Shown here: piece by piece, positions 24,810 to 36,670 of the stretch
How positions within the stretch are numbered: the stretch's first letter is position 1
Layout: every line of letters begins with the position of its first letter
Assembly (NCBI GenBank): GCA_028826165.1
Contig: JAPDFW010000068.1
Coordinates: 372,001 to 436,000 of the forward strand
Direction of reading: 5' to 3'
From: Anaeramoeba ignava BMAN
Taxonomy: Eukaryota > Protista > Anaeramoebae
DNA length: 64,000 bases
Notes under the pieces: generated by a model
Told to the model about the DNA's origin: nothing
The model's input: the letters and a program-made list of their open reading frames with translations, nothing else
Databases searched by the model: none
Translations under genes and position numbers: made by a program

Positions 24810-26634
24810 TTACATCAAATTACAATTAGCATCTTTTTTCATTTCATTATCAGATAATTTAGCTTTGCTTCCTGAAAGAGCTTGAATAGCACCTTTTTTA
24901 TTTGCAGAGATGATATTTTGTTGAATATTTGGGGTGCATTCATGATCAATCATGATTCCATACAAATGATTTTCAAAAATTGCACATTTTTGGATGATTC
25001 CACTGCTATTTGCGAATATAACAATTCCAGATTCTTGGTTATTTCTAACGGTACAATTAGTGATTGTTGGATTAGAACTGTCCTGAATGGCAATTCCCGA
25101 AAAATTATTTTCATAAATATCATTTTTGTCAAAAGATCCATTTCCATTGTTTAAAATTGCGCAGCCGTTTTTCTTGTTCTTGTATATTTCATTGTTGCTG
25201 ACAAGTGGCTGCGAATAATTGACAATCTCGATTCCGTTTGAGTTGTTTGAAAAGATGGTATTTTTTTTGACTGTTCCTTGGCCTTTATTTGTGATAAAAA
25301 TCCCTGTTTCTGAATTTGAAAAGATCTTGTTTTTCTGAAATAACGGGACTGCTTTCATCCGCGATTTTGATGCCCGTTTTGTTGCTTTCGATCTCATTCC
25401 GTGATATCACTGAGAGACCGTTTTTTGAGATGCTTATTCCAAGTCCATTTTTAAATATCGTGTTTGAAATAATTGATGGATTCGATTGATTTTGAATTTC
25501 GATTCCATTTGTGTTATTTTGGAAAATGTCGTTCTGCTCAATTTTAAACATTCCTCCGCCAGTAGAAAATATTCCATTTTCGCAGTTGCCTATTTTATTG
25601 CTTGAAATTTTGATATTTTCGCAATCGAACAAATCAATCCCATGAAAACATTTGGAAATGAAATTATTTTGGATTGTTGAGTTTTTTGAGTTATTAAACA
25701 AAACAGCGGTTTTTTTGCATCCGAGAAACTTGTTGCTTCTTAGAACAACGCTGGAATTTCTCTCCACAACGATGCCATAAGTGCTTGAGTAAATCTTGCA
25801 TGAATCAATTTGCAATTTTCCTGATCTCGCCAAAATAGCGGATTTGTGGAATCTTACGCGTCTAAACAATTTTGGCTTCTCATATCGTTTTGGATAGTCT
25901 CTTTTTATATTAAGCACAACACTGATGTTGTCGTCAGAATCCTCCGAATCGGATTCGCGCTGGATATTCAAGAACCCCTTATGCTGTTCTTGTATGTTCA
26001 TTTGGATGACACTTTTTTGGTCGAGATTATTTTCGTCATCTTGCTCGCTTTCAGAGTCGTCTAGAATAATCCCTCCATTGGCATTACCGCCCGTGTTGAT
26101 GTTGCTTAGTTTTTCTGCTGCAATGCTTGTGCTGAATTTACTGTTCGTTCCTTGTCTTCCAAAACCCTTCTCAAAATCCGAGTCATTTGCCCTGCTCGGA
26201 AACTGGGAATACACACTTGGCTTGTTGCTTGTATTTTCGTCATCTACGCCTTTTGACCGTGTACTTTGTTTACTCATAAATGTTGAGAACTCTTGTGTTC
26301 TTAGAGAAAAATCTGAAATTTGATCTGAATTTTCGTTCTCGTTCGAAAACTTGATCGTGATTTTTGAAATTCTTGCCGAAACTGAATTGAAAATGATCGT
26401 GCTTTTCTCGTTATTGTTTTCTACAATAACTTCCTCGTTTGGATCATCTGGTCCTGTCAGCATTATCCCTGGTTGTGTGATGACAATGCTTTCTTTGTAG
26501 TTTCCTGCCATTATTTTTATTATTTCTCCTGCTTTTGCTTCTTTTAATGCTTCTGTTATTGTTCGAAATGTTCGTGTTGATATATTTTGATTTGGTTGTT
26601 GATTCACAATTATTTCATTTAAATTAATGTTCAT
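24810..26634 (-). CDS. Right-handed parallel beta-helix (NosD/FBXO11-type repeats) protein ending in a CaaX-like motif; one frameshift at ~25330
   Basis: TITEALKEAKAGEIIKIMAGNYKESIVI start and repeated I..N.I..N...GI motifs. ORFs 25285-26634 and 24810-25397 join at PVISE/NKIFSN. Ends DANCNLM*. Confidence 0.82.
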
Positions 26635-27209
26635 TTTTATTTGTGGAAAAAATAAAATATTTTAAAAAGAATAAAAAAATAATAATTGAAAAGAAAAAAA
26701 TGAAAAATAAAAAATGAAAAATAAAAAAATAACGAAAAAAAAACACAAAAAATTTTAAATTAAAACAAAAAAACAAATCAAAAATTTAATTTAAAACAAA
26801 ACAAATCAAAAATTTAAATTTAAAACAAAAAAACAAATCAAAAATTTAAATTTAAAACAAAACAAAAAAACAAATCAAAAATTTAAATTGCGAAAATTCA
26901 CCAAAAAAATTAATAAAAAAAGCAAAAATTTCTTTTACTTTTTATTTAACTTTTAAAATTAAAATCAAATCAAATTAAAATCAAAATCAAATCAAATCAA
27001 ATTCAAATTAAAATTTAATTAAATTTAATTAAATCAAAAACAAAATCCAAATCAAATCAAATTAAAATCAAATCAAATCAAATCAAATTAAAATCAAATC
27101 AAATCAAATCAAATTAAAATCAAATTCAAATTAAAATCAAATCAAATTAAAATCAAATCAAATCAAATTAAATCAAATTAAACCAAATTAAAATTAAATC
27201 AAATCCAAA

Positions 27210-30200
27210 TTAAAACCAATTGCATTGATTAATAAAAGATAAATGATGAGGAATTAACCATTGATCAAAATGTTCACTTATTCTTTGAACTGTATCATCT
27301 CTTTGTCTTTCAAATATTGTATTATTTTCTTCTTTTCTAATTGTTACATGTTCAGAAACTGCTCCTGATGGATCATAATTTAATCTAAATAATCCTGTTT
27401 TTGAAATGAATTCCATTTTCGTACTTTTTTCATAATTTGGTATTTCTTGATTCCAATATAATGTTGCTTTTCCTCCATTATCAAAAAATAATGTTCCTTC
27501 TCCATTTTTCTTTTTAAATTTAAATTTAATTATAATTTTAATTATAATTTTAATTTTAATTATAATATTTTAATTTTAATTATAATATTTTAATTTTAAT
27601 TTTAATTATAATTTTAATTATAATTTTAATTTTAATTATAATTTTAATTTTAATTTTAATTTAATTTTATAAATGGATTTTAATTTTAATTATAATTTTA
27701 ATTTTAATTTTAATTTTAATTATAATTTTTAATTTTAATTTTAATTATAATTATAATTTTAATTTTAATTTTAATTATAATTATAATTTTAATTTTAATT
27801 TTAATTATAATTATAATTATAATTTTTAATTTTAATTTTAATTTTAATTATAATTTTAAATTTAATTTTAATTTTAATTTTAATTATAATTTTAATTTTA
27901 ATTTTAATTTTAATTATAATTTTAATTTTGATTTTAATTTTAATTTTAATTATAATTTTAATTTTAATTTTAATTTTAATTTTAATTTTAATTTTATAAA
28001 TTAATTTTAATTTTAATTTTGATTTTTTAATTTTAATTATAATTTTATAAATGAATTTTAATTTTAATTATAATTTTAATTTTAATTTTAATTTTAATTT
28101 TAATTATAATTTTAATTTTAATTTTAATTTTAATTTTAATTTTAATTTTAATTTTAATTTTAATTTTAATTATAATTTTAATTTTAATTTTAATTTTAAT
28201 TTTAATTTTAATTTTAATTTTAATTTTTAATTTTAATTTTAATTTTAATTTTAATTTTAATTTTAATTTTTAATTTTAATTTGAATTTTAATTTTTAATT
28301 TTAATTTTAATTTTAATTTTAATTTTAATTTTTAATTTTAATTATAATTTTAATTTTAATTTTAATTTTAATTTTAATTTTGATTTTAATTTTAAATTGA
28401 ATTTTAATTTTAATTTTAATTTTAATTTTGATTTTAATTATAATTTTAATTTTAATTTTAATTTTAATTTTAATTTTAATTTTAATTTTAATTTTAATTT
28501 TAATTTTAATTATAATTTTAATTTTATAAATTAATTTTAATTTTAATTTTAATTTTGATTTTAATTTTGATTTTATAAATGAATTTTAATTTTATAAATT
28601 AATTTTATTCACCTTTCCCATATTCATTTCACCTTCAAATCGATATCTTTTTGGAAAATAATATTTAACTTGATGGTTTGGTTTTCCATTTGTAAAATTA
28701 CCAATAATTTTTTCAATAACTTCTGGTTCTTTTTCATCAAGAATTAAATCATTCTGAGAAAAATTATTTTGTAAAGGACGAGCATAATAAGTAAGTTCAC
28801 CTTTTCCATTTGGGAGATTATTTTCCCAACTTCCAGTATATTTATAGTTTCCATTAACATAAATACCATTTCCATGTCTTAAACTATTTTTCCATTCTCC
28901 ATCATACCATTTTGTATCTTTCCAAACCATTAATCCTTTTCCATTTTTACAATTATATTCCCAATTTCCATCATAATATTCTTGATTTGAAATTAATTTG
29001 CCTTTTCCATGTTTCTTTTTTAATTTTAATTTTGATTTTAATTTTAATTTTATAAATGAATTTTAATTTTGATAAATTAATTTTAATTTTATAAATTAAT
29101 TTTAATTTTAATTTTATAAATTAATTTTAATTTTAATTTTATAAATTGATTTTTATAAATGAATTTTAATTTTATAAATTAATTTTAATTTTAATTTTAT
29201 AAATTAATTTTAATTTTAATTTTATAAATTGATTTTTATAAATGAATTTTAATTTTATAAATTAATATTAATTTTATAAATTGATTTTAATTTTATAAAT
29301 GAATTTTAATTTTATAAATGAATTTTAATTTTATAAATTAATTTTATAAACGAATTTTAATTTTATAAATTAATTTAATAAATTGATTTTATAATCTCTT
29401 TACCATATCATTCATCCATTGTCCTTCATAAATTTCACCATTATTAAAAACTTGCTTTCCAAATCCATTTCTCATATCATTTTCCCAATTACCTTCATAA
29501 TAACAATTCTCATTTTCAATAAACTTTCCAAAACCTTCTCTTGAATTAAATTGAAAAGTACCAATAAATTTAGTTCCATCAGAAAATTCAATTGTTCCAT
29601 CGCCATGAAACATATTATTTTTAAATTCTCCTTGATAAATAGTGCCATCAATATCAATAAACTCACCCTCACCTTCTCTTTTTCCATCCACAAACATTCC
29701 TTGATATTTTTTTCCTGAAGGATCAGTCAAAACAGTGTCTCCATTTGGAAGCCCATTTTTCCAAAAAGAAACTAAAACATCTCCAATTGAAAATTTGATT
29801 ATTCCTTTTCCTTCTTTTTTTCCATCAACATATTCTCCTTCAAAAATAGTTCCATTTGGATACTCCACTTTGCTTCTTCCTGTGGGGGTTGCCTTGATAA
29901 ACGCTCCTGTGTGTTTTGTCAAATTCCGATACGGATATGTGAACACTCTTTCCTTATCTTGCAAAATATCTTCCATTCTCATCGAGAATTCTTCGCATAA
30001 ATTATTATAAAAATCCGAAATGAATTCTTGTTTGTTCGGAATTTCCAACTCAATAAAACGATCGGGTGTTTTGATCACAAATTGTGATAATTTGGTGATT
30101 ATCATACTTTTGCTTTTCATTTTTTTTTGTCTTCCAAATTGTTGATTTTGGCTCCAATCAGAAATCCATACAAAATTAAGAGGAGAAATGTAATCCAACG

Positions 30201-32274
30201 TGAATTTGTCTGATCCGCGCAAACAAAAACACCAAGAAATGGCATTTTTGAACAGGAATATTTGTATGATTTTTTCATTCATTTCGGGATTGTGCGGATA
30301 TTGAATAACTTTCCCAATGTCCATTCTCGTCAAATTCATTTTCGAAAATAATTCTGTTGTTTTTTTGTCTAAAGTGATGTCCAATACTTTGTTCTGCTGA
30401 ATATTTTGAGTGATATTGAGAAGACGAAGTGAAAGCTTGTCCAGATTGGTTTTGTCTGGATGATCTTCGTTTGTTGCGTCTTTTAATTCCGTTATCGAGG
30501 TTCGATATTCATCCAATTTTTTCATCGGAATTTTCAACATTTTTACGACTTCCATTCCCGTATTTAATTCAATTACTTTCATAAATTTTTGGAAATTTTT
30601 TGTAGATAATAATTGTTGATAATTTTCCGTTATAATATTTAAATGCGAAAAATATTGTTGATAAACAGGAAACAATAACGACAATTTTTCTAGGAATAAA
30701 TCTCCAATACAAGTTTCATAATTCCAAGATGCCATTTTGCTTGTTAATTCAGTGAAGAAATTTTTGCTGAAATTATACACTCCAATAATATCTTTAAAAA
30801 TTTTATCAAAAATTTCAGAATTGATGATTTTTCCAATTTCCTTTTTGTATTGGTTTTATTACAAAATCATAAAGTTTTGATAATGAATCCATATAGTTTT
30901 TCTCGAGAATAAATCGTTTGAAAAATTGTGTCTCTTTTTTTGTTTGTGGTCCAATTGGTTTTTGTCCGTTTTTGATTCTTCTCCAATCTTCTATTAATTG
31001 AGGATAATAACTTGATTTTGCAAATTTTGAATAAGAATCTGTTTTCATTAAATTTCTAATCAAATCAGCTGCTTCAGTAAAAAGATCAGGGATAAATTTT
31101 CCTTCTTCCATTTTTTGTATAATTTTTTTTTTCACAATATTATTTATATTAATTTCACGTGGAGATTGAGTTTCGAGAAACTAAAATAAATTTTTAAATA
31201 AATATATAAATAAATTTTTAAATAAATTTTTGAAATAATTTTCCTAAAATACTTTTTCAATTATTTCTTTTTTGCTCTTCCAACTCCTTCAACTGGATCA
31301 AATATTTCTTGATATTGTCTAACTGCTTCCCAAAATAAAATATTTTCTTCACAAAATTCATCTCTAAGAAATTGTTTAAAATAAGCTAAAGAAATTTTGT
31401 GTTCTAAAATTGAATCAAAAGTTCTCATTTCAACTGGTGTTTGTTCTTTTTGATCTTCTCTAATTGTCAATGTCCGATTTCTTGTTTGAGATTCAGGATT
31501 AGGACTTTTATCATTTTGATTTTGAGATTCACGTCGACTTTGATTTTGACTTTGGTTTGGACTTGAATTTTGACTTTTACTTTTACTTTGACTTTTATTA
31601 TCATCATTTTCGGAATCAATTTGATTTTGATTTTGATTTTGATTTTGATTTTGATTTTGATTTTGATTTTGATTTTGATTTTGATTTTGATTTTGATTTT
31701 GATTTTGATTTTGATTTTGATTTTGATCTTCATTTTCATTTTCATTTTGATTTTCATTTTGATTTTCATTTTGATTTTGATTTTCAATTTCATTTTCAAT
31801 TTTATTTTCATTTTCATTTACATTTTCATTTTCATTTTCATTTTCAATTTTATTTTGTCTTGGACTTTGAATTGGACTTCGATTTTTAATTTTACTTCTT
31901 AATTCATTTGGATCATGACTTTGACGCCTAGATAAAATTTGATTTCGAATATCATTATTTTGAATTTGACTTCTTGTTATAATTTGACTTTGACGTCTTA
32001 TTCGATATTGATTTTGATTAGCATCAACCGAATCAATTGGTGTAATTGATAACGGAACTCTTTTATTTTCAAAAGAAAACGGATTTTTTGAAGTTGGTGA
32101 TTTTGGTTCATTTAAAATGTTTGCTAATCCTTTTGGAAGTTCTCTTGAAGGTCTTCTATTTATTTTATCTGCTAAATTTTCTAAATTTAACATTTTTAAA
32201 ATATCTGGTGCTTCCATATGTTCAACTTCTGATTTAGTTTCAGTTTTTTCTTCTTTTTTCTTTTGATCCGTCAT
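27210..32274 (-). CDS. RGS + RhoGEF(DH)-PH + MORN-repeat protein; introns ~31181-31252, 29015-29403 and 27510-28612; frameshifts at ~31270 and ~30845
   Basis: RGS: FKQFLRDEFCEENILFWEAV, SPREINI, LMKTDSYSKF. DH: IGDLFLEK, LKIPMKKLDEY, ATNEDHPD. Many YEGxW/F..G.G MORN repeats. Splicing keeps the frame. Confidence 0.82.
27510..28612. repeat. Intron filled with (ATTTTA)n microsatellite
   Basis: Minus-strand gtgaat...aaaaag boundaries enclosing a hexamer repeat. Confidence 0.85.
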
Positions 32275-32459
32275 TGTTTTTTTTTTTATTTAAAAAAGTT
32301 TCAAAAAAAAAAAAATAAATTTAAAACGAAAAAAATGAAAAAAAAATTTTTTAATTTTAATTTTTTTTTTTTGATCATTTTATTAGTCAGATTTATTATT
32401 TATTATCAAAATTATTTCAAAAATTTTTTTTCACCTTTTTCATCAACTTTCTCTCCATT

Positions 32460-33030
32460 TAATTTTAAATTAAAATCTAATTAAAAATATAAATTTAAAT
32501 CTAATTAAAAATATAAATAAAAATCTAATTAAAAATATAAATAAAAAGTGGAATAAAAATCTAAATAAAAATATAAATAAAAATATAAATAAAAATCTAA
32601 ATAAAAATAAAAATTTAAATCTAATTAAAAATCTAAATAAAAATCTAAATAAAAATATAAATAAAAATATAAATTTAAATCTAATTAAAATCTAAATAAA
32701 AATATAAATAAAAAGTGGAATAAAAATATAAATAAATTTATAAATAAAAATCTAAATAAAAATTGAAATAAAAATATAAATAAAAAAGTGGAATAAATTT
32801 ATAAATAAATTTATAAATAAAAATCTAAATAAAAATATAAATAAAAATTGGAATAAATTTATAATTACAAATTGGAATAAAAATATAAATAAAAATCTAA
32901 ATAAAAATCTAATTAAAAAGTGGAATAAAAAGTGGAATAAAAAGTGGAATAAATTTATAATTACAAATTGGAATAAATTTATAATTAAAAATTGAAATAA
33001 AAATCTAAATAAAAATTGAAATAAAAACGT
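32460..33030. repeat. Intergenic ~12-bp minisatellite (AAATATAAATAA/AAATCTAAATAA/AAAGTGGAATAA variants) between divergent genes
   Basis: Read directly. Confidence 0.75.
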
Positions 33031-33095
33031 CATTTAAAATTTTTTTCATTTTTTTCATTTTTTTCATTTTTTTCATTTAAAAAAAAAACAAACAA

Positions 33096-36000
33096 ATGAC
33101 AAATTTAGATTGTCGATTTTATGAAGCAGAATTTCCTGAAGCAGGAGATTTAGTTATGGTAATAAAAAAAGAAAAATTAAAATTAAAATTAAATTAATTT
33201 TAAATTAAAATTAAAATTAAATTTAAATTAAAAATAAATTAAAAAAAGGTTGTTATTAAACATGTAACTGATATGGGAGTTTATGTTCATTTATTAGAAT
33301 ACAACAACGTTGAAGGTAAGAAAGAGACATAAAAAACAACAGAAGGAAAAAAATGAAAAAAAAATAATTAATCAAATAGGGATGGTATTGTTTTCCGAAT
33401 TAACATCTCGAAGAATAAGATCAATTCCGAAAGTTGCACGATTAGAAAGAAAAGAAGTCTGCGCAGTTCTTCGAGTGGATAAGAAAGGTAGATTAATTCC
33501 GCATAAATATTCATCTACAAAAATCAAACTTATTTTTTTTCTTTGTTTCGTTTAATTTTTCTTTTTTTATAAAGGATATATTGATCTTTCTAAAAAAAGA
33601 GCTAATCCACCTGAAGAAGTTTCACAGTGCGAAATTAGATACAATAAAGCTAAGATTGTAATGAATATTTTTTTCTCTCGTTTTTTTCTTTCTTTGTTTT
33701 TTTGACTCTTTTTTATTTTTTACTTCTTATAGGTTCATGGAATTATGAGACATGTTGCTCAAGTTACAAATAGTGATTTGTTGGAATTAAATCAAGAAAT
33801 CACTTGGAAACTTTATAAAATTTTTGGTCATGCTTATGATGCTTTTAAATTAGCTATTGTGTATAAATTTTAATTTTAATATTAATTTTAATTTTGATTT
33901 TAATTTTATAAATGAATTAAATTTTATAAATGAATTTAAATTTAATTTTATAAATGAATTTTAATTAAATTTTATAAATGAATTTAAATTAAATTTTATA
34001 AATGAATTTAAATTAAATATTATAAATGAATATAAATTAAATTTTATAAATGAATTTAAATTAAATTTTATAAATGAATTTAAATTAAATTTTATAAATG
34101 AATTTAAATTAAATTTTATAAATGAATTTAAATTAAATATTATAAATGAATATAAATTAAATTTTATAAATGAATATAAATTAAATTTTATAAATGAATA
34201 TAAATTAAATTTTATAAATGAATATAAATTAAATTTTATAAATGAATTTAAATTAAATTTTATAAATGAATTTAATTAAATTTTATAAATGAATTTAAAT
34301 TAAATTTTATAAATGAATTTTAATTAAATTTTATAAATGAATTTTAATATTAATTTTAATTTTAAATTAAATTTTATAAATGAATATAAATTTTATAAAT
34401 GAAATTTAAATTAAATTTTAATATTAATTTTAATTTTGATTTTATAAATGAATTTTAATTAAATTTTATAAATGAATTTAAATTAAATTTTATAAATGAA
34501 TATAAATTTAATTTTATAAATGAATATAAATTTAATTTTTATAAATGAATTTAAATTAAATTTTATAAATGAATTTTAAATTAAATTTTATAAATGAATT
34601 TAAATTAAATTTTATAAATGAATTTAAATTAAATTTTATAAATGAATTTTAATTAAATTTTATAAATGAATATAAATTAAATTTTATAAATGAATTTTAT
34701 TTTATAAATGAATTTTAATTAATTTTAATTTTAATTTTAATTTTATAAATGAATTTTATTTTATAAATGAATTTTAATTAAATTTTATAAATGAATTAAA
34801 TTTTATAAATGAATTTTAATTTTATAAATGAATTTAAATTAAATTTTATAAATGAATATAAATTTAATTTTATAAATGAATATAAATTTAATTTTATAAA
34901 TGAATATAAATTTTATTTTATAAATGAATTTAAATTAAATTTTATAAATGAATTTAAATTAAATTTTATAAATGAATTTTAATATTATAAATGAATTTAA
35001 TTTTAATATTATAAAATGAATTTAAATTAAATATTATAAATGAATTTAAATTTAATTTTATAAATGAATTTTAATTTTATAAATGAATTAAATTTTATAA
35101 ATGAATTTAAATTAAATTTTATAAATGAATTTTATTTAAATATTATAAATGAATTTAATTTAAATATTATAAATGAATTTAAATTAAATTTTATAAATGA
35201 ATTTAATTAAATATTATAAATGAATTTAAATTAAATTTTATAAATGAATTTTAATTAAATTTTATAAATGAATTTTAATTAAATTTTATAAATGAATATA
35301 AATTAAATATTATAAATGAATATAAATTAAATTTTATAAATGAATTTAAATTAAATTTTATAAATGAATTTAAATTAAATTTTATAAATGAATTTAAATT
35401 AAATTTTATAAATGAATATAAATTTAATTTTATAAATGAATTTTATTTTATAAATGAATTTTAATTTTATAAATGAATTTAAATTAAATTTTATAAATGA
35501 ATTTTAATTTTATATAAATGAATTTAAATTAAATTTTATAAATGAATTTAAATTAAATATTATAAATGAATTTAAATTAAATATTATAAATGAATTTAAA
35601 TTAAATATTATAAATGAATTTAAATTAAATATTATAAATGAATTTAAATTAAATATTATAAATGAATTTAAATTAAATATTATAAATGAATTTTAATTAA
35701 ATTTTATAAATGAATTTTAATTTTAATTTTAATTTTATAAATGAATTTTAATTTTAATTTAAATTCAAGTGATCCAGAAAAAGTATTCAAAGGAATTAAA
35801 ATGGAAGATCGAGTTCGGGAAATATTAATGCAAAACATCAAAAGAAAACTAACACCCAGACCATTAAAAATTCGAGCTGAAATTGAAATTAAATGTTATA
35901 CATATGAAGGAATCGACGCAATAAAAGAAGCACTTAGAAAAGGAGAAGAATTAGGAAAAGAACGAGGAGTTCCTATTGAGATTACGCTTGTAGCGCCTCC

Positions 36001-36232
36001 CCATTTCGTTATGACTACAACTACAGCCTATAAAGATGTTGGAATCAATATTTTAAATGAAGCTATTGATTCTATTCATGAATTAATTGAATCAAAAGGT
36101 GGTGAATTTTCTGTCAAAATTCCCCCAAGAAGTATTTCAGAAACTGATGAACAAGATCTTGCTGATTTGATGGGAAAACTTGAAGAAGAAAATAAAGATA
36201 TTGGTGATGATGAAATTTCTGGTGATGATTAA
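33096..36232 (+). CDS. EIF2S1: Translation initiation factor eIF2 alpha subunit, 6 exons
   Basis: MTNLDCRFYEAEFPE, GVYVHLLEYNNVEG, SELTSRRIRSI, YIDLSKKR, FGHAYDAFKLA, KIRAEIEIKCYTYEGIDAIKEAL, LVAPP; GT-AG introns including 33861-35769. Confidence 0.96.
33861..35769 (+). repeat. 1.9-kb intron made of a ~24-bp minisatellite (TTTTATAAATGAATTTAAATTAAA)
   Basis: Unit repeated with variants throughout; gtataa...tcaag boundaries restore the eIF2-alpha frame (AIV/DPEK). Confidence 0.88.
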
Positions 36233-36670
36233 ATAATCCACTTTTTTTTTTTTTCTTAAAATTCATTCCACTTTTTTTCTTCTTAAATTTCATTTTTTTT
36301 CTCATTTGATTTGATTTTTTGAAATAGAATAAAAAAATTATTTTATCCGATTTTAATTTTAATTTTAATTTTAATTTTGATTTTGATTTTAATTTTAATT
36401 TTAATTTTTAATTTTGATTTTGATTTTAATTTTAATTTTAATTTTATTTTTAATTTTAATTTTAATTTTAATTTTAATTTTTAATTTTAATTTTAATTTT
36501 AATTTTAATTTTAATTTTAATTTTAATTTTAATTTTAATTTTAATTTTAATTTTTATTTTAATTTTAATTTTAAATTTTAATTTTAATTTTAATTTTAAT
36601 TTTGATTTTAATTTTAATTTTTTCATTTTTTCATTTTTTTTTTTGATTTATTTTTGATTTATTTTTCAAA

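Noticed and set aside
27210-27225. C-terminal CNWF of the RGS-MORN protein as a CaaX box
   Set aside because: Trp at a2 is atypical, so support is too weak.
31255-31280. Euplotes-type programmed frameshifting at AAA-TAA (also at the end of ORF 25285)
   Set aside because: At 25285 homology places the shift ~45 nt upstream of the stop, and other shifts lack the motif. AAA-TAA is expected by chance at this AT content.
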